Source of the DNA: Aggregatilineales bacterium
GTDB lineage: Bacteria > Chloroflexota > Anaerolineae > Aggregatilineales > Phototrophicaceae
Direction: 5' to 3'
Length of the DNA: 64,000 bases
NCBI GenBank assembly: GCA_038251275.1
Contig: JBBSBM010000014.1
Span: forward strand, 24,853 to 88,852
The position numbers and the translations under genes are program-made. Each line of letters opens with the position of its first letter. Positions within the stretch are counted from its first letter, which is position 1. Below the pieces are notes generated by a model. That model saw only the letters and a program-made list of their open reading frames with translations, made no database searches and had not been told where the DNA came from. Below, one piece after another: positions 1 through 9,542 of the stretch.

Positions 1-24
1 TCGTCAGTTCTTAAGAACCAACCT

Positions 25-1116
25 TTAGTTAGCCTTTTCTAAGGTCACGAATAAAGGTAGGTGATCTGAACCCATTGGCGAACCGGGTTGTGCGCTTATG
101 GCCCGAAAGCCATCACTGTGAAACACATAATCAATCCGAATGAGCGGTGGGACAAAAAATGGCAACCGTTGAACCGAGGCCACAGGCCATGTTGCACCGA
201 AACCAGCTCCAGCTTGCCGAAACGAATCAATTCCCACAGATGCCAAATTGTTATATGACGGGCTTTGATCGCTGGTATTGAAATCTCCACCCAAGAAATA
301 AGGATAGGGTTCATTCTGTAAATGGGTTACCAAGCGGTCAATTTGCATGTTGCGAATGCGGTCATTGTATCCCGCCGCAAATCCCAGTGATGGACTCAAG
401 CGGCTGATTTGGGCTTTAAGAGGACGTTCACTGCTCATGGGCCATTCGAGATGGATGTTATAAGCCGCAAATCGGACACCGTTTATTTCAGCGGTGATGC
501 GCTGCGGTTGCATACTGTTTGGCACTCCGAGATCAACATATTCAAAGCTTAAAATGGGAATGTGTGACAGAATGGTGTTGCCACCCCATTCTTCCGAATC
601 CGTTGATACCGGTTGATAAGGATAAGTGTCAGCTAGACCTAGTTGCATTTGCCCGACTGCATCAACCGTAACTTCTTGCAAAAAGATGATGTCGGCATCT
701 GTATCGCGAAACCATTGCAAGAGATCATCCCGTTTACGGTTATCCCACAAGGTATTAAAGGTGACAATTCGAATGCTGTTTGAAGTGGAGGATGCTAGGA
801 CAGGATGCGGTTTGATATAAGGTATCGCCCACAAAATAAATATGGCGACAATCGGCAGTAAACGCAACAAACCAACGCGTGATCCAACTAATAACGTTAA
901 TGGTAAGAGGATAATCAATGGGATAAAAATGACATAGGCAAAAGTATTGACCAGCGCCAAAGGCCAAAAACGATCACCAATGAGCTTATATGCAATCAAA
1001 TATCCAACAAAGCAGATGCCGTAAATCAATGAGAGATTCATTACTGCTTTCTGCGCGAAACTGCGAAGTGAGTTGTTAGAGGTAACTGGTGTTGAAGCCG
1101 CTAGATTATTAATCAC
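25..1116 (-). CDS. Endonuclease/exonuclease/phosphatase (EEP, YafD-like) protein with N-terminal TM helices
   Basis: Motifs TFN, DIIFLQEV, GDFN, IRIDYVF, GSDHLP; 3 N-terminal TM segments. Start moved from 1167 to the GTG at 1116, which overlaps the upstream stop. Confidence 0.85.
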   Translation of the reverse strand: MINNLAASTPVTSNNSLRSFAQKAVMNLSLIYGICFVGYLIAYKLIGDRFWPLALVNTFAYVIFIPLIILLPLTLLVGSRVGLLRLLPIVAIFILWAIPYIKPHPVLASSTSNSIRIVTFNTLWDNRKRDDLLQWFRDTDADIIFLQEVTVDAVGQMQLGLADTYPYQPVSTDSEEWGGNTILSHIPILSFEYVDLGVPNSMQPQRITAEINGVRFAAYNIHLEWPMSSERPLKAQISRLSPSLGFAAGYNDRIRNMQIDRLVTHLQNEPYPYFLGGDFNTSDQSPSYNNLASVGIDSFRQAGAGFGATWPVASVQRLPFFVPPLIRIDYVFHSDGFRAISAQPGSPMGSDHLPLFVTLEKAN

Positions 1117-1894
1117 CAACAGCCTGCGGGACTTTGGGCGCAGGTATCGGCTCTTCGTCAGGTACATGGGTCGTCAACCAGAACCCCCAGAATATGAGAA
1201 TTGCACCGAGCATTTCCCCGATATATTTGAAGGAAGGATCACCCAAGCGAATCAATGCACCGCCCAGAGCAGGTAATAATCCACCGAAGGCAATCAACCA
1301 ATTGCCGACAACACGGTTACGCATGATGTTCTTGCGCCGGAAGATATATGCCGAATAGATCGCGCCGCCGACCAAAGCGACTGTTCCCCATGTATTCATC
1401 ACAGGCGAAAAGAATCGAACTGTACCTTTGGCGCTGCCTGCTAAGATTCCTTGATGAATAACAGTGCCATCAGGTGCAAGTTCATCACGGTAAATCTGGG
1501 TCATATCTGAGCCGGGTCGCCATGCACTGGCATTAAATGGTGTGAGGAACAATGTCCATGGCAGAGTCATAATACCGATTAGAATCAGCGCCATCATCAC
1601 ATTACGGGCAATGCTGCCACGACGCACCAATAAGAAGATGGTTCCCTGCCCTAGCCAAGCTGGAACCATTAAGGCGCCGCACCAATACCAGAGCGCGAAA
1701 AACAACGGACTCCATACAAATGTCAGAATAACCTGTGATGCTGTACCAACGAAATACAGGAACAGTCCAATGCCCCATGCTAATAAATAAGGGCGTGGCT
1801 TTCCCCACCATCGACGCAAGACAATAAACGCAAAAATGCCGGTAACGATAGTGCTGATAACCGACAAGACAAATGGAAGTGATAAAGATTGCAT
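1109..1894 (-). CDS. Uncharacterised multi-pass (about 7 TM) membrane protein
   Basis: 261-aa ORF with alternating hydrophobic helices, coupled to the EEP gene. Confidence 0.75.
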   Translation of the reverse strand: MQSLSLPFVLSVISTIVTGIFAFIVLRRWWGKPRPYLLAWGIGLFLYFVGTASQVILTFVWSPLFFALWYWCGALMVPAWLGQGTIFLLVRRGSIARNVMMALILIGIMTLPWTLFLTPFNASAWRPGSDMTQIYRDELAPDGTVIHQGILAGSAKGTVRFFSPVMNTWGTVALVGGAIYSAYIFRRKNIMRNRVVGNWLIAFGGLLPALGGALIRLGDPSFKYIGEMLGAILIFWGFWLTTHVPDEEPIPAPKVPQAVGD

Positions 1895-2106
1895 CTACAA
1901 GTGACTTTCATACTCGCAGGCAGAATGTGTGAATTTTAGCGCAAACTCTCTGACTATGCCTATACTGACTATAACTCTCAATTTAACCGTTGGTAAGTTT
2001 GATTGAGAAGCAAAACACAGAAGAGAATAATTGAGAGTCGTGGTATGGTTATATGAAGTACAATTAATGTTCATTTCCCAACTTGCACACAGGATTTTTC
2101 CCACAG

Positions 2107-2907
2107 ATGGATAAACCACGCCTCGTATACGGTATTGCAACCGACCATACCCACACCCGTGAAGCCAACCAAGATGCCTCAACCGCATTAATGATGGCGG
2201 GCGTTTCGGATTCGGGTATACAAGATGTCGGGCTGTTTATTGTGGCAGACGGCACAGTTGGGCACAGTGAGGGTGAAAGTGCGCCAGCACTCGCAGTACA
2301 AACGGTCATACAAGAAGTGGTTAGCCACTTATATGAACCGCTGATGCAAAATATGGGTGATTATGATGTGGCTGTCCGCAAAATATTAGTGGATGCTTTT
2401 CTAGCCGCAAATCAAAAGTTGATTGACAACCCTTCTTATGGAACAACCGCTATGACTGCTGCATTAGTCAACGGCAATATGGCTTACATCGCTCACGTAG
2501 GTGATACCAGCGCTCACCTCATTACACCCAGTGTCGTCGAACCGCTCACGACGATGCACCATCTGGCACACAAACTGGTGGAAAAAGGGGAGGCAACCTG
2601 GGAACAAATTTACAAAAACCAAGTCGATGTTACCAATATACTCTATAGAACGCTCGGCAAAACCGAAGCTTTGGAAGTTGATGTGGTGACACATGAATTG
2701 GACGCCAATAAACAGTTATTACTGTGTAGTGATGGACTTTCCGGTTGGAATTGGGAACGCGTCAGCCGCAATGAAATCAACAGCGTTATGATCAGTGCTT
2801 ACGATCTGCAATTCGCCTGCAACCGACTCGTCAGCTTAGCCCAAGAACGCGATACGATTGATGCGGTAACAGCGATTATGATCGGGGTAGCCCCCTCATC
2901 ATCATGA
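2107..2907 (+). CDS. PP2C/PPM-family Ser/Thr phosphatase, divergent
   Basis: NQD, VADG, GTT, HVGD and LLLCSDGL motifs; ATG 2107 preferred over the ORF-track start 2083. Confidence 0.8.
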   Translation: MDKPRLVYGIATDHTHTREANQDASTALMMAGVSDSGIQDVGLFIVADGTVGHSEGESAPALAVQTVIQEVVSHLYEPLMQNMGDYDVAVRKILVDAFLAANQKLIDNPSYGTTAMTAALVNGNMAYIAHVGDTSAHLITPSVVEPLTTMHHLAHKLVEKGEATWEQIYKNQVDVTNILYRTLGKTEALEVDVVTHELDANKQLLLCSDGLSGWNWERVSRNEINSVMISAYDLQFACNRLVSLAQERDTIDAVTAIMIGVAPSSS

Positions 2908-2928
2908 TTACAATCTGAGGATATGTGT

Positions 2929-4089
2929 ATGGCAAGGGATGATAAAACAGTCTTCATTAGTTATCGTCGTAGTGTAAGTGCTTTTATAGCACGCTCCATT
3001 TACCAAGACTTGCGATATAACGGTTACGATGTATTTATGGATGTCGCGAGTATTGATAGCGGCGCATTTGACACCGCCATTCTCAACCAAATTGCTGCTC
3101 GCGCTCATTTCGTCGTGATTTTGACACCCGGTGCAGTTGAACGATGTGTCAATGAAGATGGCTCACCAAATAGCCATGATTGGTTCCGCCACGAAATTGA
3201 ACATGCGATTAATCTTGAACGAAACGTTGTCCCATTGCTGATCAACAACTTCAGTTTCCAAGAAAATGAACGTTACCTGACATGCAAATTAGCAGAGTTA
3301 TCCCGTTTCAATGCGCTAAATGTTCCTCATGATTACTTTGAAGAGGCTATGGAGCGGTTGCGTAACCGTTTTCTGAAGCAGAAATCCAAAGGCCGAATTA
3401 TCGAACCGCCTGATAGTGACCTTCCTGTTATTAAAAATAAAATGGTGCAAGCGGCCAATCAACCCACACCGACTAAAGAACAATTGACGGCTGAGCAATA
3501 TTTGCAAAGAGCCCATACGAAAGTTAAAGGAAAAGACTTTGATGCCGCAATCGCTGATTATGAGCAGGTTATTCGCCTTGATCCTGTAAACGCTCTAGCC
3601 TTTCTCAACCGTGGTATTCTATTTTTGCATGAAAAAAAATATGTTGATGCTGCAACCATGGATTTTAGTGAGACAGTCAGACTCGAACCAATGATGGTTG
3701 AGGCCTACTTCGAAAGAGCCTTTGCTTTTTATGATAAGAAAAACTGGGAAGAAGCAATTGCCAATTATACTGAAGTGATTCGACAGGATGTATTCGTAGC
3801 CACAGCACTTAACAATCGAGGCGAAGCTTATTTTATGCTCCATGAATACGACAAAGCCCTAAAGGATTTCACAGAAGCAAATAAACTTAAACACGATGGT
3901 TTTCGGATGTCGATTGCGGGAATAGCGATTTCGCACCATGCGCTGGGGAATATTGAAAAGGCCAAGCAGCATTGGCAGTCACTCATCAAGCGAAGTCTAA
4001 AATTTAAAGATATCGAATGGATTAAAAAGGAACTCAATTGGGATGACAAGCTGGTTGAGGAAGCACGGAAAATAATCAGTCTGTTATAA
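2929..4089 (+). CDS. TIR domain (SARM1-like) + TPR repeat protein
   Basis: VFISYRR...VFMDV...LTPGAVERC...DWFRHEIEHA TIR signature followed by about 4-5 TPRs; GAGGA RBS 7 nt before ATG 2929. Confidence 0.88.
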   Translation: MARDDKTVFISYRRSVSAFIARSIYQDLRYNGYDVFMDVASIDSGAFDTAILNQIAARAHFVVILTPGAVERCVNEDGSPNSHDWFRHEIEHAINLERNVVPLLINNFSFQENERYLTCKLAELSRFNALNVPHDYFEEAMERLRNRFLKQKSKGRIIEPPDSDLPVIKNKMVQAANQPTPTKEQLTAEQYLQRAHTKVKGKDFDAAIADYEQVIRLDPVNALAFLNRGILFLHEKKYVDAATMDFSETVRLEPMMVEAYFERAFAFYDKKNWEEAIANYTEVIRQDVFVATALNNRGEAYFMLHEYDKALKDFTEANKLKHDGFRMSIAGIAISHHALGNIEKAKQHWQSLIKRSLKFKDIEWIKKELNWDDKLVEEARKIISLL

Positions 4090-4201
4090 GCCCTTCTCCA
4101 CCGCAATCCCTACGTCAGACTTTTGACTGATACACGACTTTCAAAATCATCCTATAATAAAGTTTGTAACTTGTAATCTAGTTCTGATAAGTCAGTACAC
4201 T

Positions 4202-5896
4202 ATGCAATCCAAACGCGCGTATTCACAAGCCCAAGCGACCCAACCGATTCGGGTACGCTCGTATCCTCAACAACAACAACGTATTGCCGCGCCCATTCCG
4301 CGTCGTGCTGCGCCTGCCCCACAATCAAATGGTTATCGTGCGCCCCAGCCTGTTCCACGCGCAAGTACCTACCCAATGGGGCGCCCTGCTCAACCGCCGA
4401 CACGCAAAGTTCAGCGCAGCAACAAGAAGCTCTATCTATTTTTAGCAGCGGGTTTCGCAGCATTCATGCTGATGTCCTGCGGAATATTGACGTTGGGCGT
4501 GGGCATCATCTATGGACGCGGCGTTTTGCCCGGTGTTCACGCAGCAGGTCTTGCATTAGGTGGATTGTCGCAAGCTGAGGCGGCACAAAAGTTAACTAGC
4601 GATTGGAGTGCGCTCCGAGTGACCGATGGGCAGCGCGCTTGGCGCTATGATGCCGCCGATTTAGGATTGACCTTGGATGCGAATGCCACAGCTAAAGCCG
4701 CTTACGAACAAGGACGAGGCAATCTTGGCAGCGCAATCGCAGGTCTTATTGGGCGCGTCGATACACAGCCGATTGTTAATGTCGATGCAGTTACCTTAGA
4801 AAATACCTTGACCATTAACGCCGACCAATTTTCACAGGCAGCAGTCAATGCGGGTGTCAAACTGGTTAATGGTCAGGTTGAAACCACACCGCCCCAAAAT
4901 GGTCGGACGGTAAATGTCGCGGCGACAATTGCCCAAGTTCAGCAAAACCCCGGTGGAGCGCTGGCAAATGGACATTTAGCGCTGGTGATGCAAACGGTCT
5001 CACCTGCCGTTACCGATTCAACGCCGATGGTCGAGCAGGCACGACATTTGCTCAGCAGTCCATTGGATGTACGCATTTTTGATCCGGTCACAGGCGACTC
5101 GGTTTATTGGTCAGCGCCCCCTGAACAATGGGGGAATTGGTTGAGTGCTGATCCTGATCCCAACAGCGCAACAGGATTGGCCTTAACCGCCAACGATGCT
5201 CCGGTACGCGATTACTTATCCGCACAATCCGGCATACTGGATTCAACTCGTTATCTCAAGATGGACGAAGCGGTCACGAATGTGCAGCAAGCTATCCGCG
5301 AGGGCCGCACCAATCCTTACGCCCGTGTGTATCACCATGATCGTCCATATGTGGTGCAATCGGGAGACACAATTACCAGCATCGCATGGGATGTGGGCGA
5401 ACCCTACTTGTATATCCAGCAGGCTAACGGCGGCATCGCCAATGTCTCGGTTGGACAAAGTATTACTATTCCCTCGCCAGATACCTTTATGCCTTACAAG
5501 GTTGATCCGGATAAACGGATTGTGGTGAGCATCAGCCAGCAACGGACACGCGTCTTTGAGAACGGCAATCTAAAGTGGGATTGGGCGACCAGCACAGGTA
5601 TCGCTGATAGTCCCACATGGCCGGGGATTTACCAAATCATCTCACACGAGCCGAATGCTTATGCGGGCAATTGGGATTTGTGGATGCCACACTTCATGGG
5701 CGTCTATCAACCGATTCCCGGTGCAGACTTCACTAACGGCTTTCATGGCTTCCCAACGCGCGGTGGTTGGCAGTTGTTATGGACAAACAGCCTCGGTACA
5801 AAAGTCACTTATGGCTGTATACTGCTCAGCAACGAAAATGCCGAGTTGCTTTACAACTGGGCTGAAGAAGGCGTGGTTGTGGAGATTCAGGCGTGA
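4202..5896 (+). CDS. L,D-transpeptidase (YkuD) with TM anchor, PG-binding-4-like region and LysM
   Basis: LysM YVVQSGDTITSIA; YkuD RIVVSISQQR...STG...GFHG...TYGCI. Confidence 0.88.
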   Translation: MQSKRAYSQAQATQPIRVRSYPQQQQRIAAPIPRRAAPAPQSNGYRAPQPVPRASTYPMGRPAQPPTRKVQRSNKKLYLFLAAGFAAFMLMSCGILTLGVGIIYGRGVLPGVHAAGLALGGLSQAEAAQKLTSDWSALRVTDGQRAWRYDAADLGLTLDANATAKAAYEQGRGNLGSAIAGLIGRVDTQPIVNVDAVTLENTLTINADQFSQAAVNAGVKLVNGQVETTPPQNGRTVNVAATIAQVQQNPGGALANGHLALVMQTVSPAVTDSTPMVEQARHLLSSPLDVRIFDPVTGDSVYWSAPPEQWGNWLSADPDPNSATGLALTANDAPVRDYLSAQSGILDSTRYLKMDEAVTNVQQAIREGRTNPYARVYHHDRPYVVQSGDTITSIAWDVGEPYLYIQQANGGIANVSVGQSITIPSPDTFMPYKVDPDKRIVVSISQQRTRVFENGNLKWDWATSTGIADSPTWPGIYQIISHEPNAYAGNWDLWMPHFMGVYQPIPGADFTNGFHGFPTRGGWQLLWTNSLGTKVTYGCILLSNENAELLYNWAEEGVVVEIQA

Positions 5897-6783
5897 AAAC
5901 AGATTCGTCGTTTATAACATCATGGCGTTTTATTCTGCTATTGGTTGTGATTGGGATTGCTATTCGTCTCATATTCCCAACCGTCAATTCGCTTGTCTTG
6001 GTCGTTTTCTTTTTTGTAGTGTTCGCCTTTGTCGGATTCCGCAAGTTTATTATTGCATGGTTTACCAATACGCTCGGTTCACGGCGCACCAACACCTATT
6101 TGTTTAGTGAAGAATTTGAAAAAGCCGTCGAATTTGCAACCGAGCAAATCACCAAAAATCCTAAAGATGTGGTTGCTTATCTGACCCGCAGCACAGCTTA
6201 CATGCACCTCGGTAATCTGGATGCTGCCCGCGCCGATTGTGAATCAGCTATTGCCCTTGATCCGAAATCGGTTTACACACTGAATAATCGCGCATTCATC
6301 GCTTTACAGCAAGACAATCTACCCGCTGCCTTGAGTAATATACAACGGGCATTGAGCCTACAGCCGGATAATCCCATTTTACTCTATGGACGCGGCATGG
6401 TCTATCTACGGATGGGTAAAGAAGAAGATGCTCAAAATGATTTCGATGAAGCTATTAACCTCGAACCCGAACAAGCTGCAACTTATGTCGGACGCGGACA
6501 TCTCGAATTCACACAAGGCGATATTGGAGCCGCATTAGATGACTATCTCAAGGCTTGGGATCTCTCACCTGAGACACATCAATTTAGCGCTGCTTTAGCG
6601 GTAGCGGAATTCGCCGCAGGAGAAGTCGAGGCGGCACAAAAACGCTGGCAAGCATTGCCGACTCGCTATAGTCACTATAGTGATCCTGATTGGCAGCGGC
6701 GCGTCCTCAATTGGCCGGATGTCATGACGATAGAAGCAGGAAAGCTGGTGGCGGGGTTATCACTTCCGGCAATATCGGATTAG
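5893..6783 (+). CDS. Membrane-anchored TPR repeat protein
   Basis: Two N-terminal TM helices and about 5 TPRs; GTGA overlap with the LDT stop. Confidence 0.85.
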   Translation: MKTDSSFITSWRFILLLVVIGIAIRLIFPTVNSLVLVVFFFVVFAFVGFRKFIIAWFTNTLGSRRTNTYLFSEEFEKAVEFATEQITKNPKDVVAYLTRSTAYMHLGNLDAARADCESAIALDPKSVYTLNNRAFIALQQDNLPAALSNIQRALSLQPDNPILLYGRGMVYLRMGKEEDAQNDFDEAINLEPEQAATYVGRGHLEFTQGDIGAALDDYLKAWDLSPETHQFSAALAVAEFAAGEVEAAQKRWQALPTRYSHYSDPDWQRRVLNWPDVMTIEAGKLVAGLSLPAISD

Positions 6784-7346
6784 AAAACGAAAATACTGCT
6801 GACGTTGACGATATAGTCGTTCAGCACAGCCGAAACAAATGTATCACCGGCTACAAATGTTCCTAATTTGGTAAATAACTCACCGTCATGTATATAAACA
6901 TCTAGATAGGCATTCACGGGATCGATAATCCAGTATTCGCGCACGCCAAACTTTTGATAAGCACGGAACTTTCCTTCACGATCATTCTTGGCCGTACTTC
7001 GTGAAAGCACTTCAACCACTAAATCTGGAGCGCCAACCAGTCGTTTTTCTTCAATGATGCATTTCGTATCTGGCACAAGATACAACACATCCGGTTCGTA
7101 GATATTATAAGCATCCAAATATACTTCAATGGGTGCCGTGAAAGCTTTGCCACCCAATGTTTTGGCACATGTCATAAAAATGAAGAAGGTTTCACCGACA
7201 GCGGATTGATGTTTAGTATTCGGTGGCACGCCGATTACAACCTCACCTTCAATGAGTTCGATTAGATTATTTTCTGCGTATTCTGGCAGTTGGTAATACT
7301 CGTCCGCCGAAATGCGCATAACTGGTTGTACAGCCATTGTCTGCAC
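6780..7346 (-). CDS. Uma2/DUF820 family PD-(D/E)XK endonuclease
   Basis: ELIEGEV, EPDV, APDLVVEVLS, K..Y...GVREYWIIDP. Confidence 0.9.
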   Translation of the reverse strand: MQTMAVQPVMRISADEYYQLPEYAENNLIELIEGEVVIGVPPNTKHQSAVGETFFIFMTCAKTLGGKAFTAPIEVYLDAYNIYEPDVLYLVPDTKCIIEEKRLVGAPDLVVEVLSRSTAKNDREGKFRAYQKFGVREYWIIDPVNAYLDVYIHDGELFTKLGTFVAGDTFVSAVLNDYIVNVSSIFVF

Positions 7347-7388
7347 TCCATGACTCGCTTAGTGCTTATTATGCCACAGATTGTTCAC

Positions 7389-8537
7389 CTAGCGCTTCAG
7401 CACCCGTTCCACAACCCGTATATACTCTGCTGCCATCGCTTTAACCGAGAATAACTGCTCAACCCGCGCCCGACCAGCCGTACCCATGCGCGTCCGCAGC
7501 GCAGCATTTTCAAGCAGTGCAATCACCTGTAACGCCAAGCCTGCCGAATCTCCCGGCGGCACAAGATAACCTGTGACTCCATCGGCGACCGTTTCGGCTG
7601 GCCCGCCTTTGTTGGTGCTGACGACTGGCTTACCGGAAGCCATTGCTTCAATATTGACCATGCCGTAACTTTCAAAGTGCGAACTGCACACCACCACATC
7701 TGCCGCTGCAATCACACGTTCGGTGTCCGCGCGAAATCCGAGATAATGCAGGCCTGATTTCAATAAGAGATCATTCGCGGCGGTGTCTAAAATACGAGTC
7801 TTATACTCATTGTCGGCGCTGGTTTGGGTATTTTCGCCGGCCACAATAAAATGAGCCTCAGGAATGATTCGTGCTACCTGCCGTGCCATGTCCTGAAATA
7901 CATCATGCCCCTTCACATCCTGAAATCGAGCCAGCAACGCAACCAATGGCGCATTCTTTGGAATACCTGCATCTTCCCGCACTTGCGAACCATCAAGACC
8001 GGGTTGGAAACGGGTAGTATCCACACCCGAATAAATCAGTTCAACTTTATCAGGGAGCATAAATGGCGGATCACCGAGGAAGCCAGATTTGATAGCCTTC
8101 GATAAAGCAATCGTTGCGGCAGGTCGTCTAAAGAATCCACGCTGCCAAACTTTCGGTTTGAACCACCAACCCCAACACCACCACAATACAGGAACGCCAT
8201 TTCGCTCTCCGGCGGGCAGCGCCATCGACAGAGTATGATAATCACTGTGGACAAGCTGAATATGGTGCTCACGAATGAGCCTTCCAATGTGACGGCTAAT
8301 GGGTAACTGCGCCCACAGTGCCGGAATAAAATAAGTCGTCGCGCCACGCCAAGTAGTCACATAAACGGGCCAACCGCGCTTACGCCATGCCACCGCTAAC
8401 TGGCCTTCTGCCCGAACGAGCAAATGTGGCAAATAGCGCGTGTGATCGAGGTTATCAACCAGATTGAGCAGCGCGGTTTCACCACCCCCTAGATCGATAT
8501 AGCTTGAAATAAATAAAATGTTGATGGGTGCGTTCAT
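7389..8537 (-). CDS. Glycosyltransferase family 4 (GT-B)
   Basis: GGGE, KGH and ESYGMVNIEAMASGKPVV motifs; true start MNAPINILF at 8537 (ATGA overlap with the EamA stop). Confidence 0.9.
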   Translation of the reverse strand: MNAPINILFISSYIDLGGGETALLNLVDNLDHTRYLPHLLVRAEGQLAVAWRKRGWPVYVTTWRGATTYFIPALWAQLPISRHIGRLIREHHIQLVHSDYHTLSMALPAGERNGVPVLWWCWGWWFKPKVWQRGFFRRPAATIALSKAIKSGFLGDPPFMLPDKVELIYSGVDTTRFQPGLDGSQVREDAGIPKNAPLVALLARFQDVKGHDVFQDMARQVARIIPEAHFIVAGENTQTSADNEYKTRILDTAANDLLLKSGLHYLGFRADTERVIAAADVVVCSSHFESYGMVNIEAMASGKPVVSTNKGGPAETVADGVTGYLVPPGDSAGLALQVIALLENAALRTRMGTAGRARVEQLFSVKAMAAEYIRVVERVLKR

Positions 8538-9439
8538 AGGTTGATGTTGATACAAGCGATACCGGCAAATAGAACCAGCGCAACGAAACCCTTCCGAACT
8601 AGGTCGCGCTGTGCAATCTCTTCGCGGTAAATTGAGGGAATAAGAACCGTCAGTATCCAACCTGCGACGATACCAAAGAACACCTGCGTACCGCCTAAAA
8701 CGCTCACTAAAGCCGTAGGGCCGAGTGCGACCGCTGCCAAAGTCAACAGTTTCGCGCAAAGAAAAATGGTTTCGTTCACCGCGATAATAGCCATTGCCTG
8801 TTTAGGAATGGTACGAAAACTCTCCAGAAAAGCATCTCGAACTGAGCGCACGAATAGAAAAATCAACAAGCCACCCAGCGCGAATCCCCAGCTTTCGTAG
8901 GGTAGGAACCGCTCAAAGTGATCACCAGCTGCCACAAATTTAAACATCACCACCGACAGTGACCACACAAAGTTGACAATCAACAGCATCCCTAAAGTTT
9001 TAGAAAATTGAATCCCGCCCATGCCGCGTTTGGCTGAAAGGGTCACCGCCGCACCTAAGATCAACACAAATCCTACGAACTGTATCGCGGTAATCGTCTC
9101 ATGCAGCAGTAAGAACGACAAAATCAGCACCATCACCGGCTGAATCTGGATCAGCACAATGACCTTGCTAGTTTCCTCCATTGAAAGAGCGCGGTAATAC
9201 AAAAGCGCACCAACCGCAACCAAGATACCTGTGAACATGACAATCGCCACATCGCTCAAAGGCGGTACAGGAAATCCAGTCACCACAAACAACACACAAC
9301 CGCTGAGAAAAGCCATAACAGCAAGGTAAGGGGGCATCGAAGCAGGATTATGGACATGTTTTTCTAAAATCAGTTTATCGATGAAATTAACGACGGTGAA
9401 AATCACAGGTGCAAGCAGCGCGTATACGAGCCAACTCAT
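8534..9439 (-). CDS. EamA/DMT family transporter
   Basis: 10-TM pattern with two EamA repeats (LLLHETIT...G). Confidence 0.85.
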   Translation of the reverse strand: MSWLVYALLAPVIFTVVNFIDKLILEKHVHNPASMPPYLAVMAFLSGCVLFVVTGFPVPPLSDVAIVMFTGILVAVGALLYYRALSMEETSKVIVLIQIQPVMVLILSFLLLHETITAIQFVGFVLILGAAVTLSAKRGMGGIQFSKTLGMLLIVNFVWSLSVVMFKFVAAGDHFERFLPYESWGFALGGLLIFLFVRSVRDAFLESFRTIPKQAMAIIAVNETIFLCAKLLTLAAVALGPTALVSVLGGTQVFFGIVAGWILTVLIPSIYREEIAQRDLVRKGFVALVLFAGIACININL

Positions 9440-9542
9440 GAACAGTTCCTTGATTGGTAACAGTGTGCGACTTCAGTGTACACCAGCCCTCTAGATGGGT
9501 GTAGGCCATCCCCTATTTGATGCGGTAAAATAGACTTCCATA

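Noticed and set aside
8538-8759. N-terminal extension of the GT4 ORF in the ORF track
   Set aside because: Overlaps the EamA gene in another frame; the true start is the ATGA-coupled ATG at 8537.
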